Shown here in pieces: positions 9,722-20,454 of a stretch of DNA of 56,055 nt; the stretch's first letter is position 1; each line of letters begins with the position of its first letter. The notes below the pieces were generated by a model. The model was not told the origin of the DNA, made no database searches, and saw only the letters and a program-made list of their open reading frames with translations. Made by a program: the position numbers and the translations under genes. Source of the DNA: Acidobacteriota bacterium (GTDB lineage Bacteria; Acidobacteriota; UBA6911); NCBI GenBank assembly GCA_017860135.1, contig JAFNAG010000012.1, forward strand, positions 1 through 56,055. The letters run 5' to 3'.

Positions 9722-11060
9722 GAGCCCTCCGATGCTTGTCCGCGTGGTGAACCTCGAAGGTACGGCGGGTGACGAGATCGTACACGACCGCCCTTTTGCC
9801 CACCGCGGGCCGGAGCACCCGCCCCACGCGCTGCACGTACTCGCGCGAGCCCTGGCTGCCGCCCACCACGATCGCGATGTCCGCTGCAGGCACGTCGAGA
9901 CCCTCGTTCAGCACCCGAGCGCTGACGAGGATTCGCAGCTCTCCCGTGGAAAAACGATCGAGGGCACGGGTGCGCTCTGCAGGCCCGATGTCGCAGGTGA
10001 TAGGCTGGACGAGGTGCTCCCGGGCTACCGCGTAGGCGGTATCATTGTCTGCAGCGAATACCAGGATGCGCGCGTCGTGGTGCCGCAGGAGCAGATCGCC
10101 GACGGCGGCCCGCTTCTCTGCGCCGAAGCGGACGATAGTGCGGGAGCGCCGCCAGGCCGAGAGCGCCCGCCGCCCGGCGTCGCTCCTGCCCGCGGCGGAC
10201 ACGAAGTCGGACCACGAGGCGCCGGGCGCCATCTCGAAAAAGGCCCGGCACACCGGACGGAACACTGACATTTCGGCGTCATAGGCGCTGCGTTCCGAAG
10301 GGGTGAGACCGACCGAGATCGTGACCAGGTGAAAGGCCGCGAGGTACCGCCCGGTGAGTTCCTCGACGCTCGCCCGGTACACCTCCGGACCGATCAGCGC
10401 GCCGAGACCGGCCCGCCGGACCTCGTCCTCCGGCAGCGTGGCGCTGAGGCCGAGCCGCGCCGCTGCTGTGCACATCTCCAGAGCTTCGTCTCCGGAACCC
10501 GAGCCGAAATGATGGACTTCGTCGACGACGAGGAGGTCAAACCGGTTGCCGAGAGTTTCCATATGGAGGATAGCGCTGGCGAAGGTCGCCACGGTAACAG
10601 ACTGCTCGATCCGGCGTCCGTCGCCATATTCGCCGACCGGCCCGAGGCCGGCTTCGCCCAGCGTCTTGACCCACTGCGCCATGAGTACGCGCGTGGGGAC
10701 GAGGCAAAGTGTCCGCAGCCCGGTCCGCGCGATTGCGGCGACTGCCGCGCGCGTCTTTCCGGCGCCCGTCGGCAGGACGACGATGCCCCTTCGGCCGGCC
10801 CGCTCCCAAGCCGCAATCGCGCCGGCCTGGTAGGGGCGGAGCTCGGGGCAGGGGATCGGAGGAGCATTGGTGAGTTGCGGGAGAACATCGTCGTCGAAAT
10901 CGACGCCTCGCCTCGCGAGCTCGCGGGCCAGTTCGACGTGACAGCATGCCGGCGCCCTCCAGGCACGAACGCGCGGATCCCATAGCACCCCGGGGAGGCT
11001 TTCTGCCCCGGCCAAATCCCCGCGCAGCAGAAGTGTGCCGCGATCAAAAACAAGTTTCAT
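9708..11060 (-). CDS. XPB/Ssl2/ERCC3-like SF2 DNA helicase
   Basis: Walker A is LPTGAGKT and motif II is VVDEVHHF. The N-terminal damage-recognition-like region begins MKLVFDRGTLLL. I prefer the ATG at 11060 over the TTG at 11078. Confidence 0.85.
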   Translation of the reverse strand: MKLVFDRGTLLLRGDLAGAESLPGVLWDPRVRAWRAPACCHVELARELARRGVDFDDDVLPQLTNAPPIPCPELRPYQAGAIAAWERAGRRGIVVLPTGAGKTRAAVAAIARTGLRTLCLVPTRVLMAQWVKTLGEAGLGPVGEYGDGRRIEQSVTVATFASAILHMETLGNRFDLLVVDEVHHFGSGSGDEALEMCTAAARLGLSATLPEDEVRRAGLGALIGPEVYRASVEELTGRYLAAFHLVTISVGLTPSERSAYDAEMSVFRPVCRAFFEMAPGASWSDFVSAAGRSDAGRRALSAWRRSRTIVRFGAEKRAAVGDLLLRHHDARILVFAADNDTAYAVAREHLVQPITCDIGPAERTRALDRFSTGELRILVSARVLNEGLDVPAADIAIVVGGSQGSREYVQRVGRVLRPAVGKRAVVYDLVTRRTFEVHHADKHRRALASS

Positions 11061-11281
11061 GGCATACCGCCAGCACAAAGGTGAGCCGGCTAACAGATCT
11101 AACTGCCCTCGGCCGCATTGAGCGAAATATTCATCGCCACGAATTTCACGAATTGCACGTTTTCGTCAAATTCACAGCTGATCTCACGGGTGCATCGTCA
11201 AACCGAGGATGACAATCGCGGGCAGTCTGATCGCATATGGTAGTCTTATAACCTGCGATTCCATCGCAAGGAGAAGACTGA

Positions 11282-13927
<2,646 letters not shown>

Positions 13928-13930
13928 GGC

Positions 13931-14602
13931 CTACCTTTTCATGTCAGATGTTCCCCGCGCCGGTTCCTGCACCTGGACAACAAGGCTCGGGGAAGGACCC
14001 GGGGAAAGCTGATAGGAATACCGGCACGAGCGCTTCAGGTCCAGGACCACTCGAGCCGTCCCCGAGCCCCACAAAGAGACTCTGACTCCGGCCACCAGGG
14101 GGTTGTCAAGCCGGACGGTCTTCATTTCGAGGAAATTGTCCGCGTGACTGTCGGGGCTTCTGCTGTCCCGCAGGTCGAAAAAAATGCGCTCCGGATTATG
14201 CAGTTGCTCGGTTCTGGCCACGGCCACGGTTCCGACCTCGATGTTGACGGTTGCCCCGTCCTGGTGATGCGAGCAATCGATCTGGCCGACCAGCGAAGTC
14301 GGCGGCAGGCTTGGAGTGCCTGAGGTCGACGCCGCAGGTTCCGGAGCCTCTCGGGCTTCGGTCGTTACCGTTTCTGCGTTTTGCGGCAGATTTTCCGCGG
14401 CTGGCGCCTGCGCGGCGGACTGTTTGACAGCCGGTTTGGCCAAGACTTCACTTGGCTCGAGCTGCACCTCCCGGGAGGCAACCAGGACTCCACCTGATGC
14501 GCCGAGCAAGGTGGCACAGATCACGATGACCAGTGTGGTCCTGAAATCACTGGAAGGCGGGGCTGTTGACTGGGCTGCGTTCTGCATCTCACTCACATGC
14601 AT
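13931..14602 (-). CDS. membrane-anchored AMIN-domain protein
   Basis: One TM helix (TLVIVICATLLGASGGVLVAS) is followed by an Ala/Pro/Glu-rich linker. The C-terminal beta domain has the AMIN-like pattern RIFFDL...VRVSLWGSGTARVVLDL. The start is ambiguous (14602 or 14587). Its stop lies only 3 nt from the copA stop. Confidence 0.6.
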   Translation of the reverse strand: MHVSEMQNAAQSTAPPSSDFRTTLVIVICATLLGASGGVLVASREVQLEPSEVLAKPAVKQSAAQAPAAENLPQNAETVTTEAREAPEPAASTSGTPSLPPTSLVGQIDCSHHQDGATVNIEVGTVAVARTEQLHNPERIFFDLRDSRSPDSHADNFLEMKTVRLDNPLVAGVRVSLWGSGTARVVLDLKRSCRYSYQLSPGPSPSLVVQVQEPARGTSDMKR

Positions 14603-14855
14603 TCCCTCGACAAAAAGGAACCGCAACTGCATCCGGGCGCTGTAGGGCCTGGCAGACGGACTGCATTCTTCTCATCGAAATCCCGGCCCGGGTTGATTAG
14701 CGCAAAATCGGCGTGGCGGCGCCGCCGGGGCAGCCTTGTCAAGAAATGTCCGGCAGGTAGCCCTTTGTTTATGCGGGAGGAATCGGGGAAATGATGAAGG
14801 GGTTTTCAGGCCGAAGCCGTGATGCGCCGGGTCCGACCCGGCGCCCGTCCGCCTG

Positions 14856-15479
14856 TCAATCGCCGTGGACTTCGCGGAGTTTCGACAGCGTGGCCGCGTC
14901 GAACTTGCCTGTGATGCTGACGCCTTGGTTGCACTGGAATTCCTCGATGGCATACTTGAGTCGCAAAGCGTCATCTCCGTGATGGTACCCGAGGTTGGTC
15001 AACCTTGCCTTCCAGCCGGATTCCTCATCGATAGGATCGAGATGGCCGATTTTCACGGGGATTTCAAAATCCAGTGAAGGCACCCGCAGCTTACCCGACT
15101 CGGCGGCGGCGGGGATTTCCTGCTCAATCAGGCCGTCTTTATCGGACTTGATTTTATGGACTTTCCCTTCGAGTTCCAACTCGCAATCCACATTGGCGAC
15201 GGGATTGTCGTCGATGTCCTTTACGACGATCCGGAGCTTCAGTTTGGGGGCGGTGAGGCGGAACTTGTGCGCTTTGCCCGTCGGCACTTTTTCGGTCTTG
15301 GCCTGCTTGTCCGGGATGAACAGGCTGTCGCCCGGGAACAGGATGTTCGGACTTTTGCGCAATTTCACCAGATTGGCGTTTTGCGGATGATCCCAGATGG
15401 GACGATAGTCAAGGAAGCCGTACTGGGTCGCAATCCTGGTGACATGTTCTCCTTGCTTGACTGTGTGTTGTTTGGCCAT
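14856..15479 (-). CDS. LysM domain / beta-sandwich / PG_binding_1 peptidoglycan-binding protein
   Basis: The N-terminal LysM is HTVKQGEHVTRIATQYGF...PGDSLFIP. A mid-protein beta-sandwich-like segment reads LKLRIVVKDIDDNPVANVDCELEL. The C-terminal PG_binding_1 is RLTNLGYHHG...AIEEFQCNQGVSITGKFDAATLSKL. Confidence 0.8.
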   Translation of the reverse strand: MAKQHTVKQGEHVTRIATQYGFLDYRPIWDHPQNANLVKLRKSPNILFPGDSLFIPDKQAKTEKVPTGKAHKFRLTAPKLKLRIVVKDIDDNPVANVDCELELEGKVHKIKSDKDGLIEQEIPAAAESGKLRVPSLDFEIPVKIGHLDPIDEESGWKARLTNLGYHHGDDALRLKYAIEEFQCNQGVSITGKFDAATLSKLREVHGD

Positions 15480-15495
15480 AGCAGTCTCGGAGCTT

Positions 15496-16020
15496 TCAGG
15501 CCGACTCCCACTCCTTCGCGTCGAAATCCGGGAACGTCAGTTCGCACGTACCAGGATTGATTTCGTAATACTCGGTGTGCCCGTAGGCATCCAGCTTTCC
15601 CTCTTCTCTCAGGCCATCCGGGAGCTTGAGCCGGTAATTTGCGCCCGGGACCGGCTTCCCGTCTCCGTCGACCAGGTCGATCTCAATCCAGCTTTTCTTT
15701 GCCGGCGGCGCTCCTCCCTGGCCTTGCTCCCCCTTCTGGCCGGTGGCCTCCTCCGCACCCGAAATGCGGGCGGCGGGTGTTTTGAGCAGTCTGATCTTTC
15801 CCGCCACCAGAAGCTCGGCGAGTTTTTGGAGGATACGGGATTCGTCCATCCCTCCCTCGCTGTGTGCCAGAACGAGGTCTCGCATCAAATCGATCTGAGC
15901 CTTATCTTTAAAGCGGCCCAGGAACTCGGCAGCGCTGTCCATATCGGGAAACTCCACGAGTGACTCGCGCCTGTCGAGCAGCTCATACGTGTATTCATGA
16001 GATATGAAAGTCTTTCTCAT
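15496..16020 (-). CDS. hypothetical protein, partner of the LysM protein (helical N-terminus, Gly/Gln linker, C-terminal beta-sandwich-like module)
   Basis: It uses the ATG at 16020. Its stop is 16 nt upstream of the LysM gene start, so I read the two genes as an operon. The C-terminus SWIEIDLVDGDGKPVPGANYRLKLPDG...INPGTCELTFPDFD resembles CarboxypepD_reg-like modules. No family name is assigned. Confidence 0.55.
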   Translation of the reverse strand: MRKTFISHEYTYELLDRRESLVEFPDMDSAAEFLGRFKDKAQIDLMRDLVLAHSEGGMDESRILQKLAELLVAGKIRLLKTPAARISGAEEATGQKGEQGQGGAPPAKKSWIEIDLVDGDGKPVPGANYRLKLPDGLREEGKLDAYGHTEYYEINPGTCELTFPDFDAKEWESA

Positions 16021-16059
16021 AACCGGCCACAGTAATCGCACACATGGAAAGCTGAGGTC

Positions 16060-16089
16060 ATTGTAACGCAGTGTTGCGGGCGTCTGCAA
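16060..16089 (-). promoter_or_regulatory. candidate sigma70 promoter of the hypothetical/LysM operon
   Basis: On the minus strand the sequence is TTGCAG (16089-16084), an 18-nt spacer, then TACAAT (16065-16060). This sits about 40 nt upstream of the ATG at 16020. Confidence 0.4.
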
Positions 16090-16106
16090 TCAGGCAGTGT
16101 CCAATC

Positions 16107-16338
16107 GGTGCAATCGGAAGAGAGACTCGTCAAGAAAGAATCTGTCAATTGTCATTCGGGGGCTCGGCAGGTTGGCTCTGCGCTCGGATATTACACCCGC
16201 TCCGAACGCGATCAGGACCGCACGGGCCGAAGGTTTGCAACGGCCAGATGACAAATGTCCATTGATACATTTTTTTGTCGTTAATCGTGGCGCGACTTGA
16301 ATTTTGCGAGGATTGAGTCTCACTTCCGATTGCACCCC
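16107..16338 (-). mobile_element. MITE copy A (non-autonomous element, 232 bp, no coding capacity)
   Basis: The terminal inverted repeats are GGTGCAATCGGAAGAGAGACTC (left) and, as the reverse complement of the right end, GGGGTGCAATCGGAAGTGAGACTC. The element is flanked by a perfect 9-bp direct repeat, TGTCCAATC, at 16098-16106 and 16339-16347. Its reverse complement aligns with 32984-33222. Confidence 0.85.
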
Positions 16339-16357
16339 TGTCCAATCCTCCGGTTGG

Positions 16358-17032
16358 CTACGGAGTTTCGCGCCGGACGTAGATGTTCCGGGCCACCTCT
16401 TCCTCAACGGCGATTTCGGTTTCATCGCACTGGAGCACGTAACTGGGCCACTTCTGCAGCAGCTTCAGAGGATTCCCGGGCGCCATGCCGAGCGAGGCGA
16501 GCTTCAGCATGCGAGCATGCCCTGTTGCGCAGACATAGGCAATCAGGGCAGATTCGCCGACATCGAGCTGATCGCAGGAGATGAGGATCGGCCGGAGCTC
16601 CTCCAGGGCTCGGCGGCAGCAATCCCCTCCGGGGATCGGCTTGCCGTGCGGGCAGTAGCGCGGATGCCCGAGAAGCGTGCAGATGGAGTTGGTAATCCCT
16701 TCTGCCAGCACATGCTCGAACTCGCAGGCAGCATCCTCGCTGTCATCGACGTGGGCGCCCAGGGCATCGCAGATCAGGCGCTCCGCGAGACGATGGCGCC
16801 GGATGATTTGTTCCGCCAGGGCTCTACCCGCCTTTACCAGGCCGACCCGGCCATGGGAGTCGATCGTAATCAGCCCCCGCTGTTTCAACGATTCCAGAAC
16901 TTCTCCGGTAACTTCCGTCGCAGATTCCCGAGTGATATCGGCCAGGGAGTTCTGCCCTTTTTCCTCTGTTATCCAGAGGGCCTCGAGAACTTCCGCCAGG
17001 TGTTCCGGCAACCTGTCTCCGTCGAGCTCCAT
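16358..17032 (-). CDS. DtxR/MntR-family metal-dependent regulator fused to a C-terminal FeoA domain
   Basis: The N-terminal winged helix is followed by a metal-site region (RRHRLAERLICD...CEFEHVL...HPRYCPHGKPIP). The C-terminal FeoA/SH3-like segment reads LDVGESALIAYV...LASLGMAPGNPLKLL. The ATG at 17032 is 4 nt after the feoB stop. Confidence 0.8.
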   Translation of the reverse strand: MELDGDRLPEHLAEVLEALWITEEKGQNSLADITRESATEVTGEVLESLKQRGLITIDSHGRVGLVKAGRALAEQIIRRHRLAERLICDALGAHVDDSEDAACEFEHVLAEGITNSICTLLGHPRYCPHGKPIPGGDCCRRALEELRPILISCDQLDVGESALIAYVCATGHARMLKLASLGMAPGNPLKLLQKWPSYVLQCDETEIAVEEEVARNIYVRRETP

Positions 17033-17036
17033 TTCG

Positions 17037-19295
17037 TCACCCGAAGGTTATGTGAAAAGACCGCAGCACCCAGCTGACCGCCGCGCCCACCCCGATGGCG
17101 AAGGGCACGATGAAGGAGATGATGGCGACAGCCCGTTTCATCCCCTGCTCCTTGGCGATGACCAGGAAGCTGGCCAGGCAGGGGACAAAAAGGGTAATGA
17201 CAATCAGGCTCACCACCATCTGCTGCGCGCTCAGCATTCCCGCGCGCGACAGCTGATACAGGCCGGCAGCTCCATAATCCCGCCGAAGGAATCCGAGGAC
17301 GAACGCGGCGGCTGTCTGGGCCGGAAGGTGCAGCACTCCGGTCAGCACCGGCGCCAGCCCTGCCTCGACCCACTCCAGGAGGCTCTGTCCCCCGATTCGG
17401 ATCTTATCCAGCGCGAACAGAGCCAGCGTTCCGTAGAGAAACAGCGGGACAGCTTCTTTCACATACCATTTGACGCGATACCCGGTCTTCAAGGCAAGAT
17501 TCTTCAGTTGCGGCACGCGAATCGGGGGGATTTCAAAGATAAACTCGCTGCTGCGCCCTCGGATCAGTTTTGAAGCCAGGAACCCTACCAACAGCAACTG
17601 GGAGGCGATTACCAGGATGACAGTCATAGTCGCCGCCGTCGAGTAGCCGGCGGCGATCCCGAGAATCACTCCGAGCTGCGCGGAACATGGGATGCCCAGC
17701 GCCAGGAGCAGCGTGGCAATCAGCCGCTCTTTGCGTGAACTCAGCACTCTTGTCGTGATTGTGGCCATCGTGCAGCAGCCCAGGCCGAGAACCATAGGCA
17801 GGGTAGCCTTCCCGTTCAGTCCCATCAGGCGCATCACTCGGTCCGCCAGGATCGAGAGCCGCGGCAGATATCCGCTGTCCTCGAGCAGGCCGAAGGCAAT
17901 GAAAAAGGTACCCACGACCGGCAATACGATCGCGAGCGCGTACGTCAGCCCCATCGAAACCAGGCCGTAGTCGCCGAGCAAGAGATCATACAGGAATCCG
18001 GCAGGCATGAGTGACTGAAGGAACGGGATCAGATAGCGTCCGAAGACAACATCCTCGAAAAAGCCAACCAGCGTCTGCGCACCGGTAAAGCCCACGAATT
18101 CAAAGAGCAGCAGGAGCACACAGACCAGAATCGGGATGCCGGTAGCGGCGCGACGCGTCCATATCCCCATTTCATGAGCGAACTTCCGGCTGCGCGCGAT
18201 CAGAACGCCGAAGGGCAGGAGAACGGGGACGATAAAAAGCAGGAAATGAATGGCTTCCAGAGCGAGTCCGAACTCCCCGCGCCCTGAGGAGGCCTTCGTG
18301 TAGAGAATCGTGGCCAGAATTCCCGCGTTGCCCGAATCCGCTCCCAACCGGCTGGCGAGCGCCTGTTTGGCGCTGCTGTAGGGAGTCGCATATCCCAGCA
18401 CCCCGCCGAATTCGTTCCAGGCGAACAAGAGCAAACCTGCAATCAGCAGTCCCAACCACATTCTCGATGTGTTGTTCCCGGGATCTTCCAGCAGCCTGGT
18501 TTCTCTTTTCCTCTTGAACTGCGCAACCGAGCTTTCCAGGAACTCGTTCCTGCTTTCGGAAATGTCCCTGGCCAGGGAGCGGTGCTTGCTTCCCGAATAG
18601 GATTTCTGCGCCTTCCTGAGGCATGCGACCGTCGTTTCTCCCAGCAGCGATTCCACTCGGCGTGTAAAGGCAGCGTCCCCGAGCGAAAGCCACTCGATGG
18701 CGAGCGCTCCCGGGACCGGCGCCGGGCCATTCAGTGAGGATGCAACATAGTGTATAGGGCCGAACCCGGCCAGCGGATTCGCCGGATGGGATGCGTTCTG
18801 CATCGCCTGGAGAAGCTGACGCCGCCCTTGAGAATAAATGGCAACGGTCTCCACCGTGGGAATGGAAAACAGCCTGGAAAGACCATCGCTGTCGATCTCG
18901 ATTCCGCGCTCCTGCGCCTCATCCATCATGTTAAGGACAAGCACGACAGGGATGCCGAACTCGATCAGCTGAGAGGTCATCAAAAGCGTTCGCCGCAGGT
19001 TTTTCGCGTCCGCCACCTGCACGATCAGGTCCGGTTTCTCCTCGAGAAGCAGTTCGCAAGTGACCCGCTCATCTTCGGACTGCGGGACGAGGCTGTGGAC
19101 TCCCGGAGTGTCGATCAGCTCATAGTGAACCCCGCCCAGGGTGACCTTGCCGCGCGAGACCTCCACCGTCGTTCCCGGAAAGTTCGAAACCATGACGTAG
19201 CTGCCGGTCAACAATCTGAAAATAACAGACTTGCCGACATTGGGATTGCCCACTAGCGCCGCTTTTCGGGGTGCCGGGCGATCGTCAACCATCAT
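17037..19295 (-). CDS. feoB: ferrous iron transporter FeoB
   Basis: The N-terminal G-domain has GNPNVGKS, DTPG and NMMD motifs. A large polytopic membrane domain follows. The RBS is GGAAGGAG. Confidence 0.93.
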   Translation of the reverse strand: MMVDDRPAPRKAALVGNPNVGKSVIFRLLTGSYVMVSNFPGTTVEVSRGKVTLGGVHYELIDTPGVHSLVPQSEDERVTCELLLEEKPDLIVQVADAKNLRRTLLMTSQLIEFGIPVVLVLNMMDEAQERGIEIDSDGLSRLFSIPTVETVAIYSQGRRQLLQAMQNASHPANPLAGFGPIHYVASSLNGPAPVPGALAIEWLSLGDAAFTRRVESLLGETTVACLRKAQKSYSGSKHRSLARDISESRNEFLESSVAQFKRKRETRLLEDPGNNTSRMWLGLLIAGLLLFAWNEFGGVLGYATPYSSAKQALASRLGADSGNAGILATILYTKASSGRGEFGLALEAIHFLLFIVPVLLPFGVLIARSRKFAHEMGIWTRRAATGIPILVCVLLLLFEFVGFTGAQTLVGFFEDVVFGRYLIPFLQSLMPAGFLYDLLLGDYGLVSMGLTYALAIVLPVVGTFFIAFGLLEDSGYLPRLSILADRVMRLMGLNGKATLPMVLGLGCCTMATITTRVLSSRKERLIATLLLALGIPCSAQLGVILGIAAGYSTAATMTVILVIASQLLLVGFLASKLIRGRSSEFIFEIPPIRVPQLKNLALKTGYRVKWYVKEAVPLFLYGTLALFALDKIRIGGQSLLEWVEAGLAPVLTGVLHLPAQTAAAFVLGFLRRDYGAAGLYQLSRAGMLSAQQMVVSLIVITLFVPCLASFLVIAKEQGMKRAVAIISFIVPFAIGVGAAVSWVLRSFHITFG

Positions 19296-19331
19296 GCCTC
19301 GTGATCTCCTTCCGGGAATCTACTTTGGGGA

Positions 19332-19361
19332 ATAATGAAATCGGACTTCAAAATTTAGCAA
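19332..19361 (-). promoter_or_regulatory. candidate feoB promoter with an imperfect palindrome in the spacer
   Basis: On the minus strand the sequence is TTGCTA (19361-19356), an 18-nt spacer, then CATTAT (19337-19332). The spacer contains GAAGTCCGATTTC, a 5/6 inverted dyad that could be a metalloregulator site. It lies in an AT-rich patch. Confidence 0.3.
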
Positions 19362-19477
19362 ACCCATCCTGATTTGGCCAGAGTAAAAGGCCACATCCTC
19401 CGATAGCCAGTCTGATTTTTCTTGTAGGATCTCCGCGCTTCCTGCGGTTAGAGTATTTTATTCGCACAGGAGGATGA

Positions 19478-20443
19478 ATGAAAATCACACTGCCCCGAAT
19501 TCAGCTTACTAGCTTACCTACACCGGTGGAACCGCTCAACCGGCTCGGCAAGCACCTGGGGGGGCCTCGCATCTTCATCAAGCGGGACGACTTGACCGGC
19601 CTGGCCGGCTCCGGGAACAAGACCCGCAAGCTGGAGTTTCTTGTGGCGGATGCGCTTTTGAAAAAGGCCGACACGCTGATCACCGTAGGGGCGGTGCAGT
19701 CGAATCACTGCCGCCAGACCGCGGCGGCTGCGGCCAAGGTCGGACTTCGCTGCATCCTGGTTCTTCGCGGCCACGCGCCCGCAGAGCCTTCAGGCAACCT
19801 CCTGCTCGATCATCTGCTGGGGGCTGATATCCGCTGGTCGGGCGACCGCACGCGCGAGGAAGTCATGGATGAGGTGGTCGAAGGCGAAAGGTCGGATGGC
19901 CGCCATCCGTATCCGATCCCGCTCGGAGGGTCCACGCCGCTGGGAGCCGCAGCCTACGTTGCGGCCATGGATGAGTTCATGCGGCAAACCACCGAGCGCT
20001 GCGACCGGATCGTATTCCCGTCGAGTTCCGGCGGAACGCATGCCGGCCTGGTGGCCGGCGCTCATCTGGCAGGCTATCGCGGCCAGGTGCTGGGTATCAG
20101 CGTCGACGAAGAACTCGAGACGTTGCAGGAGATGGTAGCGGCGATCGCTACCGGGACCTGCCGCCTGCTCGGTGACGACAAGACTTTCACGCCAGCCGGA
20201 ATCCAGGCCAATGCGGACTACCTGGGAGGCGGATACGCAGTTATGGGAACCGCAGAGCGGGAGGCGATCGACCTGTTCGCGCGTTATGAAGGCATCCTCG
20301 TGGATCCCGTTTACACTGGACGGGCCGCTGCCGGCCTCATCGACCTGATCCGCCGCGGCGTCATCGCCAGGGACGAAACCGTTTTGTTCTGGCACACCGG
20401 GGGAATACCCGCCCTCTGGGCATACATGAACGAACTCATCTGA
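19478..20443 (+). CDS. PLP-dependent D-cysteine desulfhydrase / ACC deaminase family enzyme
   Basis: It has the family motif GSGNKTRKLEFL (PLP lysine) and SSGGTHAGL. The RBS AGGAGG sits upstream of the ATG. Confidence 0.85.
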   Translation: MKITLPRIQLTSLPTPVEPLNRLGKHLGGPRIFIKRDDLTGLAGSGNKTRKLEFLVADALLKKADTLITVGAVQSNHCRQTAAAAAKVGLRCILVLRGHAPAEPSGNLLLDHLLGADIRWSGDRTREEVMDEVVEGERSDGRHPYPIPLGGSTPLGAAAYVAAMDEFMRQTTERCDRIVFPSSSGGTHAGLVAGAHLAGYRGQVLGISVDEELETLQEMVAAIATGTCRLLGDDKTFTPAGIQANADYLGGGYAVMGTAEREAIDLFARYEGILVDPVYTGRAAAGLIDLIRRGVIARDETVLFWHTGGIPALWAYMNELI

Positions 20444-20454
20444 TATCGGATGCG

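Noticed and set aside
11200-11260. CueR/MerR-type copA promoter (ATGACA, 19-nt spacer, CATATG).
   Set aside because: The -10 match is poor and the 19-nt spacer has no dyad symmetry. No merR-family gene is adjacent. It is not supportable from sequence alone.
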